NCBI GenBank assembly: GCA_030704615.1
Contig: CM060733.1
Location: 44,454,001-44,518,000 of the forward strand
Reading direction: 5' to 3'
From: Takakia lepidozioides
Taxonomy: Eukaryota; Plantae; Bryophyta
DNA: 64,000 nt
Numbering within the stretch: position 1 is the stretch's first letter; each line of letters starts with the position of its first letter. Below are positions 13,336-27,615 of this stretch, one piece after another. The position numbers and the translations under genes were made by a program. Below the pieces are notes generated by a model that was not told the origin of the DNA, did no database searches, and saw nothing but the letters and a program-made list of their open reading frames with translations.

Positions 13336-15279
13336 GCTGCATGCCTTTTGCTTGATTTTCTTATGTGTGCTTGCTGCTTTTAATGTTGGGTGCTTGTTTC
13401 TGTGTGTTCCTCAAAGCAGTGTTCCAACAATGTGGTCCCGTGCCATTGTATGTATGGAGTAGCGATTTGTCTTTGTACTGAGTTGCAATGTCTGTATTTC
13501 ATGTTTATGTGTGCTCTGAGTGGATGTGTAACTGATTGCCTGTATTTGGTGTACTGCTGCTTCGGTGTGTGGTTACGTTTTTTCCATGGTGCTTGTGGTT
13601 GTAGAGGAAACACAATACTGTCATACCAGTCTAGAATATGTATTACTGCATGTATGTTTTTGTAAGGATAATGGTAGGAGTTTCAGTATAATGACATACA
13701 TCCTCGCTTCAAGGTTACCATGTATTAGTCCCCACTTAGTTGGATGTTTGCAGATCTCATCAGTGTAGTTCATTTCACTGCACTTAATGTACCCCACTTG
13801 TATGCCTTGCCTTAATGTCTTCAGTGGCCTTCCTGCTTCATGGGCAATGTTTTCATAGATGTCGAGACATGGAAGCTACGTGGGCACTGACTCCTGGTTG
13901 CCTTTGTGCAGGAAGGTCATATGAAAGTGGAAAGCAATTCCACAACGTGTACCTCTTTACTTACCAGGTTTCCATTCACAAAGAATATAGCTGCAAGAGG
14001 GACAATTGATGCAGTACATGGATGACAATGTGGCTGTGCCAATCATAAGGGTTATGTGTGATATTGAACTCTCCTGGAGGTCATGTACTTATTACCCAGC
14101 AGAATACGTCTTTACGTCGACAGAATTCAGGTTTCATTCTCTGGGTTCATTGCTGTACCAGCAGGATGTTGGCAGGATTCACCATTTCCCTTGTTGGCAA
14201 CCTGCTCAAATGGATAGAGACGAATAAAACTCGGTATGCATGGTTTATGCATTCTCTATTCAGTCTTTGGACCTTGGTATGCTCTAGTGACTGCCTTCTC
14301 CAGTGCTCCAGCAGTGGTTCAAACATGCTTTCACATCTTCAACTTCAATTTTAACGCAATATTCTAAGCCTCATCTGTAATATATGGAAGTTTAATTCGA
14401 AGTGCGACATCCATCTAATTACCAAATTATATGCAGCCATTCACCGATAAACTTGAGAAGAATATGCCAGATTCTTTCTGCAAAGAAAATGATAGGGGAA
14501 AATTCACATATTGACCTTGTTCCATGTGCATCACTACACTCAACTTCACAGCTGCAAATAACATCTGCCATGGATGAACGAAAACAATACTTCTATTATT
14601 GTACCACAAGCTTGATACTGCAAACTAAGAATGTAGACCTTTGTTCTCAAAATACAATGATAACCAACTTAAAAAAGAGTCACCAACTCATGAAACAAGT
14701 GCTTCAACTGTGATGCAAGCAACAGTTTTCAGGCAGCACCTTGGTGATCAGAACTGAAAAGGCAAGACCAATGCCATAAGTGTATTGGGTAATTCTGCCA
14801 GGGGTAACCTCTGCTATTGACATAAGAACCAGCATGAGATCGTGCTCCAGCTTACCATGCCAAGGCATGGAGTGTGGACACTGCTGCAACACAAGTGCCA
14901 TCACAACTTTTGTGACCCACAGATATAGAAACAGAAAGCTCCCTGTGTATATGAAATGAGGCAGTACCAACAAGTGTGTGCCAGAAACTCAACAGCTTGT
15001 TATTATTCATGCTTGAGCAGTTGAGGATAAGTACTATTCCCTTTCACATATACACGCCACAATTTACACTTTGCAAAACTTAGAAAGACTCAAGTTTACA
15101 AGCATTTGAAGACCAAAACTGCATGTATTCAACCTGGGCGGAAGCCACATTGTGGATACAACAAACATCATTAGAAAGGAAGGCATAGATTTCAGGTCTG
15201 TAACCGTCATGGGTCATTAGAGGAATATGTTGGGTTACATGCATACAAGCAATGGTAGTTGGCCACTCATTTTAGTGGT

Positions 15280-15720
15280 GCTTCTCACTGTGGAAGCCAA
15301 GAGAAGAATTTTTGTGTTCCTCCTCCACAATATGCAATGCCAACTCTGTCAAGTACGTACCCAGCCTCCCTCGCTTCCCCAGACAGTCTCTGTTTTTCAG
15401 CATAGATTGCATCAATTTGAGGATGCACTTGATCTTCTACACTGAATGCATGACTCCATTCTGATACCTGTCTTCCATTATTTTTCCCACCTATGCTGCA
15501 TCGTTCCACCCGCCAGCATTGAGAACACAAATGAAAGTGGCCATGTTGGGTTATACCCCTTCCTGTATCATTTGCTTATAGCTTGTGAAAGCCTCCCTAC
15601 CATCCCCATGCTAAGAATATCCTGCAATCATTGTGCATCCACCACACTCCTGCACTTGGCATATATGTTGACAATGGTGTTAAGTAGAAAGATGCTTGAT
15701 CATGTGAATCCACTTAGGAT
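15280..15720 (-). pseudogene. PPR fragment with E+/DYW-domain start
   Basis: HAFSVEDQVHPQIDAIYAEKQRLSGEAREAGYVLD followed, after a frameshift, by ...LGFHSEK (DYW HSE motif). Upstream MIAGYS/KQMIQEGV-type PPR remnants. Confidence 0.75.
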
Positions 15721-18700
15721 GATGTGAGCGTGCACTTGTTGTCCCACCTCTAGGTCTTTACTTTTATGCACTGTCACTAGAGACAAACACAAGTACTGGA
15801 GTCTGCTGAAACACCTTCTGGATTCAATATGTGGAACACCTGATCTTTTTAGTCAACCTGCACTACATAGTGCCCTCAAATCCCAAGTACGAGAAGAGTT
15901 GATGTTGACTCCCGTCCTTGGTCCTGCTTAGAAAGTAGGGGTTGTGGTGGAGGTTCTTGGTTCAGAAAGTTGTGCCTGATTCAACTCTGCCATCATGCAT
16001 TACTGAAAACTCTTGCCAGAATCAGACTCACAGAATAAATTATAGTGTAGCAAAAACTACTTCAAAACATGATCTGATCTTCATGAGGACGGCCTCCTTG
16101 CAACATAGGTTTTTGGGTTGGGCACCCTTTCCAAATTGCAGCATCAGACAAATATACGAACTGGGTCAGCAACTGTCATAAGATCACCATCTGTTTAGGC
16201 ATGGACTGCCACTTCTAATAGCTGTGTTCACATTGTATTGACAAAGTTACAGAACATATAGAAGATCCATTTCACAACAATATATAAGAACTCTCTTCCT
16301 TTGAATATACAACAGGTGGCTCAAGAATGACAACTAAGGAGACACCTTTGCACCTAGCAAAGGAGGGAGTGTCATACTGGAAATGTCCTGACAATCCCCA
16401 TCCACCATACCTTGCCACAGACTACCCCCTGGTTACTTGCAGATTCTCCAACCGACCATCCGTTGACGCACATTCTTTGTCACTATCAACCCACAGTATC
16501 TCCTTGATGCTCCTGATCTTGAAATCTAGTGGATGGATCTGCACCCAACAAAAAGGAACAGATACTTCCCCTAGCCTTTTATAACATCCACAGCAAGCCC
16601 AGTGGCATGGCATCTCCTGTATCACAAGTCAAATGTAACCTCTTCAACCAAGCACTCATAATATCCTACATATGTATGCATAAGGGAAACTAGATTACCC
16701 TCAAACAATTTGCTTCCAGCGGGAACTCACACATTTGAAAGCACCAAGATGTCCAACCAGAGGCATCACCCCCTTCTCTAGCCCATGGATGTTCTGCACA
16801 GTCAATTGATCCCACTCACAAATAACACATTATCCAAAACAGCAGAAATGAACAAACTGGTCACAAGGGTGCGGATCCTCGACCATATTTCTTCCTGGAA
16901 CAAAACCAATATTTACCATTACATCAGCCCTCTAAGCAAATTGGCACTGCCTGTGCAAGACAGTTCTGGTATGTCTAGTTGAATTCACACCCAGTGGGTA
17001 AGAACCCCACAACCAACTTCAAGAGGGGTTACATCGACACAGATATGTCCTAGCTGTAAGGTCCAAGAATAGGCAATTATTACCTCTTGCTCTCTTTTTG
17101 CTCCTTGGCGGATGTCACCACTCTTGCCTTTCTCCCTTTTCTTCGGAGGTCGTGGTTTCCACTTCTTGGCTGAGAGAGTAACCGCCTGAAAGAGTCATGG
17201 AAGAAGGGGGCGCCATGGAACTCGGTTACTGGTACTGTATACAGACACATGAAACAGTGAACTCAAAACAATCCTTCAAACCTAAACAGGACTGTTACCC
17301 TAAACACTTCAAGGAAACAGTACTTGCAGCAAACTACATTGAAAACTGATGTATACTTCTAGGAGAACCCCATGTTCTCAGATGTAGATATATGAGAGGG
17401 TTGTGCAACCATCTATGAATCGACTGACTGAGGAAACTGTTGCCAAAAACACTCGTTGGACCCTATACATGACTGTTACTGGAAACAGTTAAAGGAAACA
17501 ATACTTCCAGCAAATTTGTAAGGGCAGAAATGAAATGCTTGTATTCGAATCCCAGGTTCTGAGATGCAGGTTTATGAAAGGGACGTGCAGCCATCTATAA
17601 ATCGAGTAAAGGAAATGTCAAGAAGGTGACAAACATGATTGTATACGTATTTCTCTGGGTTTTGCTTCACCTCCTTCACCTCATTTCCAGACATGTCTCT
17701 CGGGAAGCAAGTCGAAGCATACACAGAAAGCACAACGTAACTCTGTGAAAATTCGTGACACAATGGCGAGTCCCCAATTTCGGAGACAGAGAATGAGGGG
17801 ACGAAGACGCTGGGGACATGTGGTCAATCACCTCGATGACAACAAACATCCGCTAAACGACGTCCATTCGTTTTGGAGGTACATTCAATGCTGTTTCAAA
17901 TTTGAAATTTGAAATTTGAATGTTCAAGATCTCCAATATGTGTGTCTATGCTCTAGGTAGGGCTGGTTCAAATTTCTGTTCACGGGTCTCCAATATGTTT
18001 GTATGAGGAGGCATGTGAACACATACAGGACTGTATGATGGCAAGGTCATGATGTGATGGATGTATTTGTTGCATTCATGGGACATGCATGATGGATGCG
18101 TGCAATACAGTAACACTGAGTTCAATGTGTGGCAGTGTTTTGACGAGCAAGGGACCCGGCGCGGGGGTGGCGGGTAGAGCGGGAGGGGGGCGACTACAGG
18201 CGCCGCGAGAGGGGGTCGAGGCGGAGGGCGGGGGTGGGGCCACGCAGGCAGGCCCGCTGAGGCAGCATTCAACTCCCGGGCCTCTTTTATCACTCGATAT
18301 AACCCCCCGGGTATGGATATATGTGCCAAAATATTCCCTGAGGGTATGAATAGTTTCCGGGTATGGATAGTATTTCAATTAATATGTAATTTAATGGTGT
18401 TATATATATAAACGCCTCCTAAAAGAAGGAATTGAATAGCAAGGAGGACGAGGATGGCGATGGCGGAGCCCAGTGGTCGTTTCGTTCTCTCGCACCAAGC
18501 TCACTGCAGCTCGTGTTCAGTAGATGTTCACAACCTCGCTATCTCTCTGCGCTTCTTGAGCATCCTATTCATATAATTTTTGCGGGAGGATGGGTACTAA
18601 AAATCATCTTGGTAAGGCTGCGTTATAGTTCATCCTTGTTTTCTAGCTTTCATCTCCTCTAGACAGCCTGAACCCCTAGCAGAAAACTCTAGAGCCGCCA

Positions 18701-21700
18701 AATCCTTCCTTCTTCCTTCTTTCCAGCCCTCGTATGCAGCCCGCCATCGTTCTTCACTATAGTACTTCTTAAGCTTGTGCCTAATCCAAGGGTTTAACAC
18801 TGATATCTGGATTAGCTAGGGTATTTACCTCTTCTACCAGTCAGTCTCGCCTTTTCTGCGTTAGCAATTTCCTACTCTGTCAGATAGATCTGCTTTTTAG
18901 TTTAGCAAGTGCGCTTAGTTTGGGAGTTCTTCCATTTCTCTAGTCAAGCCTTTCTTTCATCATCGTCTTAAGTGCTGCTTAGTTTCTTCTTCAATGGCCC
19001 CTGGATTCTTCAAATCCCACTTCAAAGATTCGATGGAATCAAGATTTTCTACTGGAGGAGCTCATCAGCAGCAGAGGAGAAGTCAGCCCTCAACTGGGAC
19101 CGGTTTTTTCCGGGCCCACCAAGAGCGCTCCAGGGTCCTCTCCAGCAACACCCCAGTAAGATTTTTCTCCCCTAGCCCGATTTCCCCCATTCAGCCCTTC
19201 ATCAAATTTCCAAGACTTCACCCTGTTCCGGAGGAGAACACCCTTCCACCACCGGCAGATGACGACTAGTCCAATGGCACAACAGCGCATCAGGACGAGC
19301 TGGACAAAGACTATCCTCTCATCTTGTTGAACATCTCAGACCTTCAGAAAAGAGTAACGTCAATGGAGGAGCATGGAGGAGCATGGTATCTTAATTCATT
19401 TTCCAGGAAAGAAGGTTGATAGGGCCACGGTTCGTGACTGGGCAATAAGACACCTTGGAGGTTCGGGAGAACTCAACCAGTTGTTCTGCCATGCCAAAGG
19501 CCGGGGTTTTTTTTCCATACTTTTCGAAACCAGGGAAGCTGCCAATCAAGCCCTTGCGTTCAACCCACACACAAAAGGATTTAACGTCAATATTTTCCGT
19601 TGGTCCTCGAAAATGGGCCATAGGAATGGCAAACTTTGGGGGCCAAGGATTGTGTCAGTGCCCTACATTCCAGACCAATGCTTGGTAAATCTACCGGACA
19701 TAGCCAATCACTTCGGCTCTTACCTAGGTTGCTTGGCAGTGTTTGATCCTCAAATGTGTACACTGAGCCTAAGACAAGATCCTTCAACCATGCAGACAAC
19801 ATACCATTAGGAACGCTTCCTTCGGACGGCTCGCTCACGGATAGATACCCTCAGATCTTGCCACTTTTCTCCTCTGACTTCTTTCCTAAAGGCATACAAA
19901 TACAAGCCATAACCATTTCCAAAATTCCACCAGACCAATTCCAGGCGGTGCCTGACAGCCCTCAACCTCCATCCACACGAGGTATATTTATTCGAGTCAG
20001 TAAAAAGACTCAGAAACCACCAGACCCATTTGTTTAGGTCACATCCTTGAGACCTCGCAACAGTGCAATTCAATTCTCTTACCGTCATTCAGGGCCATCA
20101 AATTCGACGTTCGGTCTAGGCCTTGAACTCTCTCCTTATGTCACTTAACATCCAATCATGGAACATCAGAGGCCTGGGGGCAGACTTGGCGTCACTAAAA
20201 AGGGTGAAAATCAAGAACTGGCTCGCCCCCTTCCTAACCTCTGATTCAGTGATCTTCCTACAGGAGCACAAACTAGATCAACATAAAATCGATAATCTCA
20301 CAAACCACCTCTGGCCTCTAACCAACTCCCTGTGGAAACCCACCTTGGAAGGGACAAGGGGGGGGACAACAATCCTTCTATCCCCCCTCCATCCATCCTT
20401 ATCTATCGGCAGAATCCATTTGGCTCCCTGGAAAGCTCCAGTTCTATTCAATTACCCTTCCAAACAACTCTGGCTCCATAGGCCTGGTAAATATATATGC
20501 GCCAAACTCTTCCACCAAGAGAACACAGTTTTGGTCCACATTGAACTCCAAAATGAGAGACCAGCCTGAAATTGACAGTTGGATATTATCAGGAGACCTT
20601 CAACACGGTTGAAGCCCAGCAGGATAGAAGGGGTCTTAGATCATTTAACCCCAATCATCAAGAGGAGATGGACCAATGGCTCTCTTGTATGCAAAACCAC
20701 AGCCTAACTGAGGCTACGCCAATCTTCGGCCAGGCTTCAAATCTAAAATTCACCTGGACATTAAATAATAGAACAATGGCAGACCTATGCATGGCGCACC
20801 TGGACAGATCCTACATATCCCTAGATCTGGTGTAACTATCAAGAAGGCTCCCCCAAGAGCCAATACCTTTAGGGTTTGACCATGCTCTGATCTCGCTCTC
20901 TGTTTAGTTCCCATGAAATCAATGTCGTGGCAGAAGCATTTTCAAAATCAACAACTTGTTACTGAAGTTGCCTAGCGCAGGGTCTTGGACAAGCCTGGGC
21001 AAGGGCTAGGCTCCCGAATCAAAACCCTACGGAAAAATTTATAGCCAAGCTCAAAGCTGTCAACGTTGAAAGTCAGAAATGAGCAATGCACTGTCTATCA
21101 TCAGAAAAAAAAAGGTGGCTGCCTTGCAAAAATGTCTAAAAGTCTGTTAGGCCAGAATGGAATTGACCAGATGTGATGAACATACATATCATACCTATGT
21201 TCAGGCCAGATGCAACCTTGATTTCTACCATAAAATTCAGGAAAGAAAGCTTTAGGCTGCAGGCTGGTGTCAACTGGTCTACCAAAGGTGAGAAAATGAC
21301 AAAATACTTCTTTGACAAGACACAACTTTGACCATCTCTGAACTCATTGACCAGACTTCCGGATTATCTGCCACTACACCCAAAAGCCCTAGCAGAATTT
21401 TCCAGTAAATATTTCCAGCTTCTATTCAAAAGTGACCTTACTGATCTCACTCCTTCCCCCCTCTGAGACTGCCTATTTGGCACAAACACCCACCATACTT
21501 ACTGGCCAAAAAGCTTCATTTCTTGAAGGGGAACTATCTGAATTAGAGCTGGAGGAAGCCTTGCAGAAATTACAAAACAATAAGTCCCCCGGCATGGACG
21601 GACTTTCCGTGGAATTCTACAAGGCAATGTGGTCGGATATCTCCTCTGACTTATAGCAAACCATTTGTTTGTACAAGGATTTATGCCCCCTGCCCTATCA

Positions 21701-23989
21701 CAAGGTGTTATCACCTTGTTGTACAAAAAAGGGGATAGAACCAACATTTCCAATTACAAACCCATTACCTTGTTGAATGTAGCATATAAAAATTGTAGCG
21801 AAAGCATTGGCTCTCAGATTGTAGCCTCTCCTACCATCACTAATACGGCCCAATCAAACTGGGTTCATAAAAGGTAGATTCATCTTAGATATTCTACTTT
21901 TAGCTCAAGAGGTACCCGATTATGCTTCCATAACAGACTAGGCCATTGCAATGCTTGTTCTGGGATTTGAAAAAGCGTTCGACAGGGTAGAATGGCCCTT
22001 CCTCCTTGCAGCATTGGCTAGGATAGGCTTCTTGCCAGACTTCTGCAGATGGGTGCGCATTCTTTTAACCACATCCTCCAACAGGGTCATTGTTAATGGT
22101 TACATCTCCTCTTCATTTCCTCTACAAAGATATGTATGGCAGGGGTGCCCATTGGCCCATTTTCTCTTTCTGGTGGTGGCTGACACCTTGGGTTATCTGC
22201 TGGATCACAACCACAATATCAGGGGACTCAAGATCACTAACTGCATTACACGACAACCTAGTCATCTCATAGATTCCATGTTCGTTGACGACACATTTCT
22301 TATACTTCAAGCAACAATGGAAAATCTAAACTCGGCAGGAGACGGTCTTAACGCCTTTTGCTAAGCCTCGGGCTTCAAGGTTAACTGGAATAAAACTTCG
22401 GCCTTGCTTGTCGGAGATTTATCACAATCCACATTGGGTTCACTGCCTACGTGGGGATCAAACCAGGGTCTGAAGTGGCTCAAACTGGGGGAGACAACAA
22501 CCCTGCTGGGTTACACCTTTGGAATAGACCTTACAGATGAACAAAAATTCACCCCTGTGCTGCAAAAGCTTAAAAACAACTCATATACTGGGGCTCGAAG
22601 CATCTATCCCTCACAGGTCGGGTCTTGGTGGCGAACCAAATCTGCTCAGCTGGGATGTGGTATTACTCTTCTTCCTGGCGCCCTGATTTGAAACAAGTCC
22701 AAGAAGCCAGGCGCCTCCTTAGAAACTTCATCTGGGAGGCTCACAAAGCTACAGACAACAAACGACCACAAGTAGGCTGGAAACAAATCTGCCTTCCCAA
22801 AAAAAAAAGGTTTGGGAGTCTTGGACTTGGAAACTCAAATCAATGCACTTCTTGGAAAATGGATTCCACGATTCCTAGGGCCTGAAGGAGGCTGCTGGAA
22901 GTTTCTGGTCTACGACCACATCGTAGCCTCCTCTCCCCTCAAAGTGCCCACTTGGCAACCCTCGTTGCGCTGCATAGTACACGGATTCAACCTCAAAGCA
23001 ACATGATCAATTCTTTGGACAAACATTTGGCGAGCATGGGGTAAGCTCTGAAAAAACCTGGTTAAGGCCCAGCCCAAGACCTTCTACGAAGTGCTAAGAC
23101 AACACCTTTTCCTCAATACAAACTCATCGAACCCTTCTCAACGCAGTCATGCCAGACGCTGGTCTTGCTGGGACAAGCTGGGAATCAGCCAGATCAACAA
23201 CATATGGAAAAATAGGTCCCTCCAACCCGTAGAATCGATCTCAGACCTGGTAGACAAGGGAAGGGCGAACAAGGGATATCAGGCCCTCGTCACTTCCATA
23301 AACCCTCAATAGTTAGTTATACTGGGATCAGGTGCTGGTGGATAATATGTGGGGCTTGGCCATTTACCAGGGTCAGCTATCAGTCATTTTTGTACAATAC
23401 GCAACACCAGAGCAGTTTACAATCTTCAGCTTTCACATTAACACAACCACTCTGACACTTACTCTTTCTTCAACAATTCCCCAGCTCATTCAACCAATAT
23501 TTCTAACCCCGATTTGGATTTGCTGCTGGTCCTCACAGGACAAAGCATTCAACCAACCCTATTTTAACTAATTCTGGACTTTTGGCTTATTCGAACATGG
23601 GGTAGACTCCTACTCTACTATACTCGATATAACTTATAGTAATTTTGATTGAATCTTCATGTTGACAAGCACAATATTCAGAGACAATGCCATTGGAACG
23701 ATGGTTTGGGTGTGAGAAGGGCAGTAAAATATTAAAATAGCTTGAAACATTAGGAAGATGATCTACTAGGGTAGTAAAATAAGGTTTGGGGTGTAACTAG
23801 ATATATTAAGTGCAATAAGGTGTGGTGACTCGGAGAAGGGTTTAGGTACCCTGGTAGACTGTTTGCTACGCAGGGGCAAATACTTCTTGTAGATGATGAG
23901 CCATCAAAGGGCATGCAAAACCCACAAAATACTGGATTCTTCTCTTTCTCATTCAAGCCATCACCAAACAGCTTGCGTGACCGGGATGA

Positions 23990-24884
23990 TATGACAAAGG
24001 CAGTATGGCCATATATATCGGATTACAATAGTGAGAACCGGACAACACTACAACAGATTGCGGTATTTATGACTGTATATATTACTATTCTGCAGTCATA
24101 AACGGTACATATGACTTCTATGACTATAAGTCGTGCAAACCAAGTGGATACGATGAGTACATGATGGTACGGTCCGGATGACTATAGCAGATAAACCAAG
24201 TGATATCTCTCACTGCAGTCATATATACCATACTGCAGTCGTCGTTGCCGCGCCACGTGGCGAGGCGCAATTGATTAAAAAAAAATCAAAATTTTCAAAA
24301 ATTAAAAAAAATGTCAGACGCCGCGTCGTACCGCGTTGTGCCACGTGGCATAATGCATATTATAAAATGAAAAAAAAAACACATGGCAGCCCATCTAAGG
24401 TGCCACATGCTATCCCTAACTCGCCTACTAACCCTAGGGCCATCTTATCCATTTGATTATACTTAGAGGAGTTTGAACCTCCAACCTCTTTACTGTAAAA
24501 GTTATAGTTCACTACCTGCTAACCAATACACCCATTAGTCATTTATGTGATCATATGGTGTTTTAAATGTATTATACACACCAAATTACAAAATCCCCAG
24601 TAGTCATCATGACTATTTAACTTCATCCATGTACATTGTAGTCATGGAAATGACTATCAGTGGTGAGCTAAATCTGGTCAATTGTCGTTGACCAGCCTTC
24701 CGCCCATTCTGGAGCCATGTAGTCATATAGACGACTATTTAGATAGTCGTCTATATGACTACAGTCGTATGAACGATTGCGGGAGGTCAATTTCATATAA
24801 AAACATGGTACAGTCATGGTCAAAGTCAAGAAAACCATGACTACCACGGTTTGGTAGTCATAATTACCGCGATCTGTTGTAGTG
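23990..24884. mobile_element. CACTA terminal fragment 1
   Basis: Ends in ...GATCTGTTGTAGTG (reverse complement CACTACAACAGATC) with many ATGACTAT/TAGTCAT subterminal repeats. Partner end not found. Confidence 0.65.
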
Positions 24885-25399
24885 CAAAGTGGTCTCATAA
24901 GCCTATTGGTCAATGCCTGCTGGGCCTGGTATGGAAGATATATTGATCCTCATGTTTGGATCCCACAACAAAAGGAACCCGATTACCTTGGTAGGCACGT
25001 GGATCCCACTGTTATGTTGTTTGTTCATAATTTGATATCTTCTAGTGCGAAGACCGTTGCAAGTGGTTATGGTAACCGGAGGCGTCTTCGGACACATGCC
25101 TTGATTGCGAGCCGTTTGGGAGGAGGCTCAATATTATTAATGAGTTAGTATAAGCCGTAACGGTTCTATGATTCATACTTGTATTTCTGTGTAGAATGTG
25201 TGGAGGATTATATAATTCGTTGTTATATAGTGCACAAATAGCCAAATAATTATAGATATATCTCTTTATTTCTATTATAGATTATATTTATTCATATATC
25301 TTATATTATTTCTGGACCAAACAAAAGTCCAAAATTAGTTAAAATAGTGTTTGAACCGTAAAGATCCCGCCATTTTCAAAATTCAAATTAAAAAAATAC

Positions 25400-25708
25400 T
25401 CAGTAAGCGACCCCCAGAGCGTCACATTTAACTAGTGACATTTTTTTATTTTTTTCTTTTTTTCTTTTGTATGGCTATAGCGACGCCCCGGGCAGTCATT
25501 GCGACGTTTGGGGCGTCGCTAGTGGGGATTTTCAGGGGGTTTGGATATGCGACCTCCCCGGCGTTGCCTTAAGTCCTACATGTGTGACGTTCTCATAGCG
25601 ACACCGGAGGCGTCGCATATTTGCGATTTTCGCGGGCCCGAAAATAGACGAATAGCGACGCCCGAGACGTCGCTAGGGCGTCGTTAACCCCCCCTGAACG
25701 GTGTAGTG
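25400..25708. mobile_element. CACTA terminal fragment 2
   Basis: Ends in ...ACGGTGTAGTG (reverse complement CACTACACCG) with AGCGACGCC/GGCGTCGCT subterminal repeats. LINE sequence resumes immediately at 25709. Confidence 0.7.
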
Positions 25709-27615
25709 CTTGGACAAGAAAACCCATTACTGGCAAAGCACCAATCTTTTACCTGGTTTCTCACCTGCCCGCTGGCAGATTTGTAGTTTGACCCAAGGGA
25801 GTGGAATTGGATGGATACCCCTTCTTTATCTACTCGGTGAAATTGGTTATTCTCTCATCAACCCGCCTTGTTCCTTTACATTAAAGTGGTCCACAAAATG
25901 GGGCAACAGACATTTCACTCAAGGCATCTGGGATAAAATCTGGAAAGACATTTGGAAGAAAGACTGAGCAGCAAAAATGTGTGGTTTTTTTTGGGAAACT
26001 GACACACGGAATACTCCCTGTCAAACAAGTGATACATGGAGACTAGCATTCCTGCACTCTTTGTCTTGCAGAACCAAAGTCCATTGAACATTGTTTGTTG
26101 TTCTGTAATCTGTCAAGTAGGATCTGACGAGTGGTCCTTGGTTTCTATTTCATTGGGCTTCCTTTCCATCTCCACGACCCTCTCCGTCTATTTTGCTTCT
26201 CAACTTTCTGCCTGGTCAATCCCAGAATGTCTGCCCAGTATGGGCATCTCTTAGCGCCCATATTTTGTGGGATTTGTGGAAAACATGTCGTGCGCACTAG
26301 TGCTTAGGTCCCTCTAAGTCCAGGTAGCCACAAGATGTGATAGTGACCATAGCCTCACTAAGTCCTCCACCACTATCCCTACTACACTCAAACTCGATAG
26401 ATCAAGAGGCCGGGTGCAAGAGTTGCCCCATCGTTAGTCGCCGTCTTGCAACTTGTGAACTTGAGCTTGGGATCTTGTGTATTGACTCCTATGAGCTTGG
26501 CCTCCCATGTCTTGTTAGCTGCCTCCAGTCATGTCCACTGCCACTATCCCAAGCAGTGTGGACACAACCAATCTCCGTTAGGAACCTTCTCAAGAGGTGG
26601 TGTCAAACATCCCTTATGCCAACCCCTTGAGCATCGATCACACACAAGCATGGTGGTTGCCCCTTTGGCAGACCCACAGAGCATGCACCTCAAACCTGCA
26701 GGTACCACTGCCAAGTTTGGGTCAACTCTGTCATCGACATTGGGAAGGTGACATGACGCACAATTACGCACATGGCCCTTCCAAGTCATGCCATCCCGAC
26801 CCTCCAAGATCAGGACCCCTGAGGGCAACACCTCTCGAACCCTCAGAATAACACACCCTGCAGTAACATCCAGAGTCGTAGGAGCGGTCTGCTGCAAATA
26901 AACATAGTTACCAGGGCTAAACCTCCGAACCCCAGGACGATATCCTCCACCACGTATAGTGGCATACCTCAACGTATCACGGTGCTGTGCAATGGCAAGG
27001 TTCTCAAAAGCCATGGGCATGACTTTCTTGAACAACTCTGCACGCTGATCACATGCACGTATTTACATATCCGGATCGTCAAGGTTAAGGACTTGAGCAG
27101 TGTCCCTACGAATGGCTGCAGGCAAATCCGGCTCTCGGCCAAAGAGAAGAAAATATGGTGAGAAGGAGGCAAGTGATGTTTGTTTGCTGAACCTGTAGCC
27201 CATGAATAACCAAAGAACCTGAAGATCCCAATCTCCTAGGTGTCCTTGCAAGCCATACTTGCGCAAACCCCTCTTCACCGTTTGAAGAACTCTCTCTGCC
27301 AAGCCATCGGCCTCAAGATGATCCCGAGAAGTGGTGCGGTGGTCTATCAAGGCTTTATCACACAAAGCCTGAAACTCCCCTAAGAACTCTCTCCCTTGGT
27401 CTGTGAGTACCTCAGCTGGAGCACCAAATCAGCTAAGCACATGATCCAAGAATGCATACGCAGCCCCCTCACTAGCCTTGTCAGGCAATGGAACCAACTC
27501 AATCCACTTGGAGAAGTGCTCCACCATCACCAACATATATCTGTGGTGGCGCATAGTCAGTGGCAACGGTCCTGCAAAGTCAAGACTCCACTTGTAGCCC
27601 AATCCCATGATTGGT

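Larger units (their letters stand above)
10641..18293. mobile_element. Pack-MULE-like element bounded by ~270-bp GC-rich inverted repeats, carrying host gene fragments
   Basis: 10641-~10912 and ~18030-18293 are reverse complements (GTGATAAAAGAGGCC...GCGGGCCTGCCTGCGTGGCCCCAC...CATCATGACYTTGCCATCATACAGT). The interior holds inward-pointing gene fragments. Outer TIR tips and TSD not resolved. Confidence 0.6.

Noticed and set aside
13960-14830. Possible F-box/SNF2 helicase fragments on the minus strand (LAELPNTLMALVLPF, PLLEHWRRQ)
   Set aside because: Too short and degenerate to support a call without a profile search.
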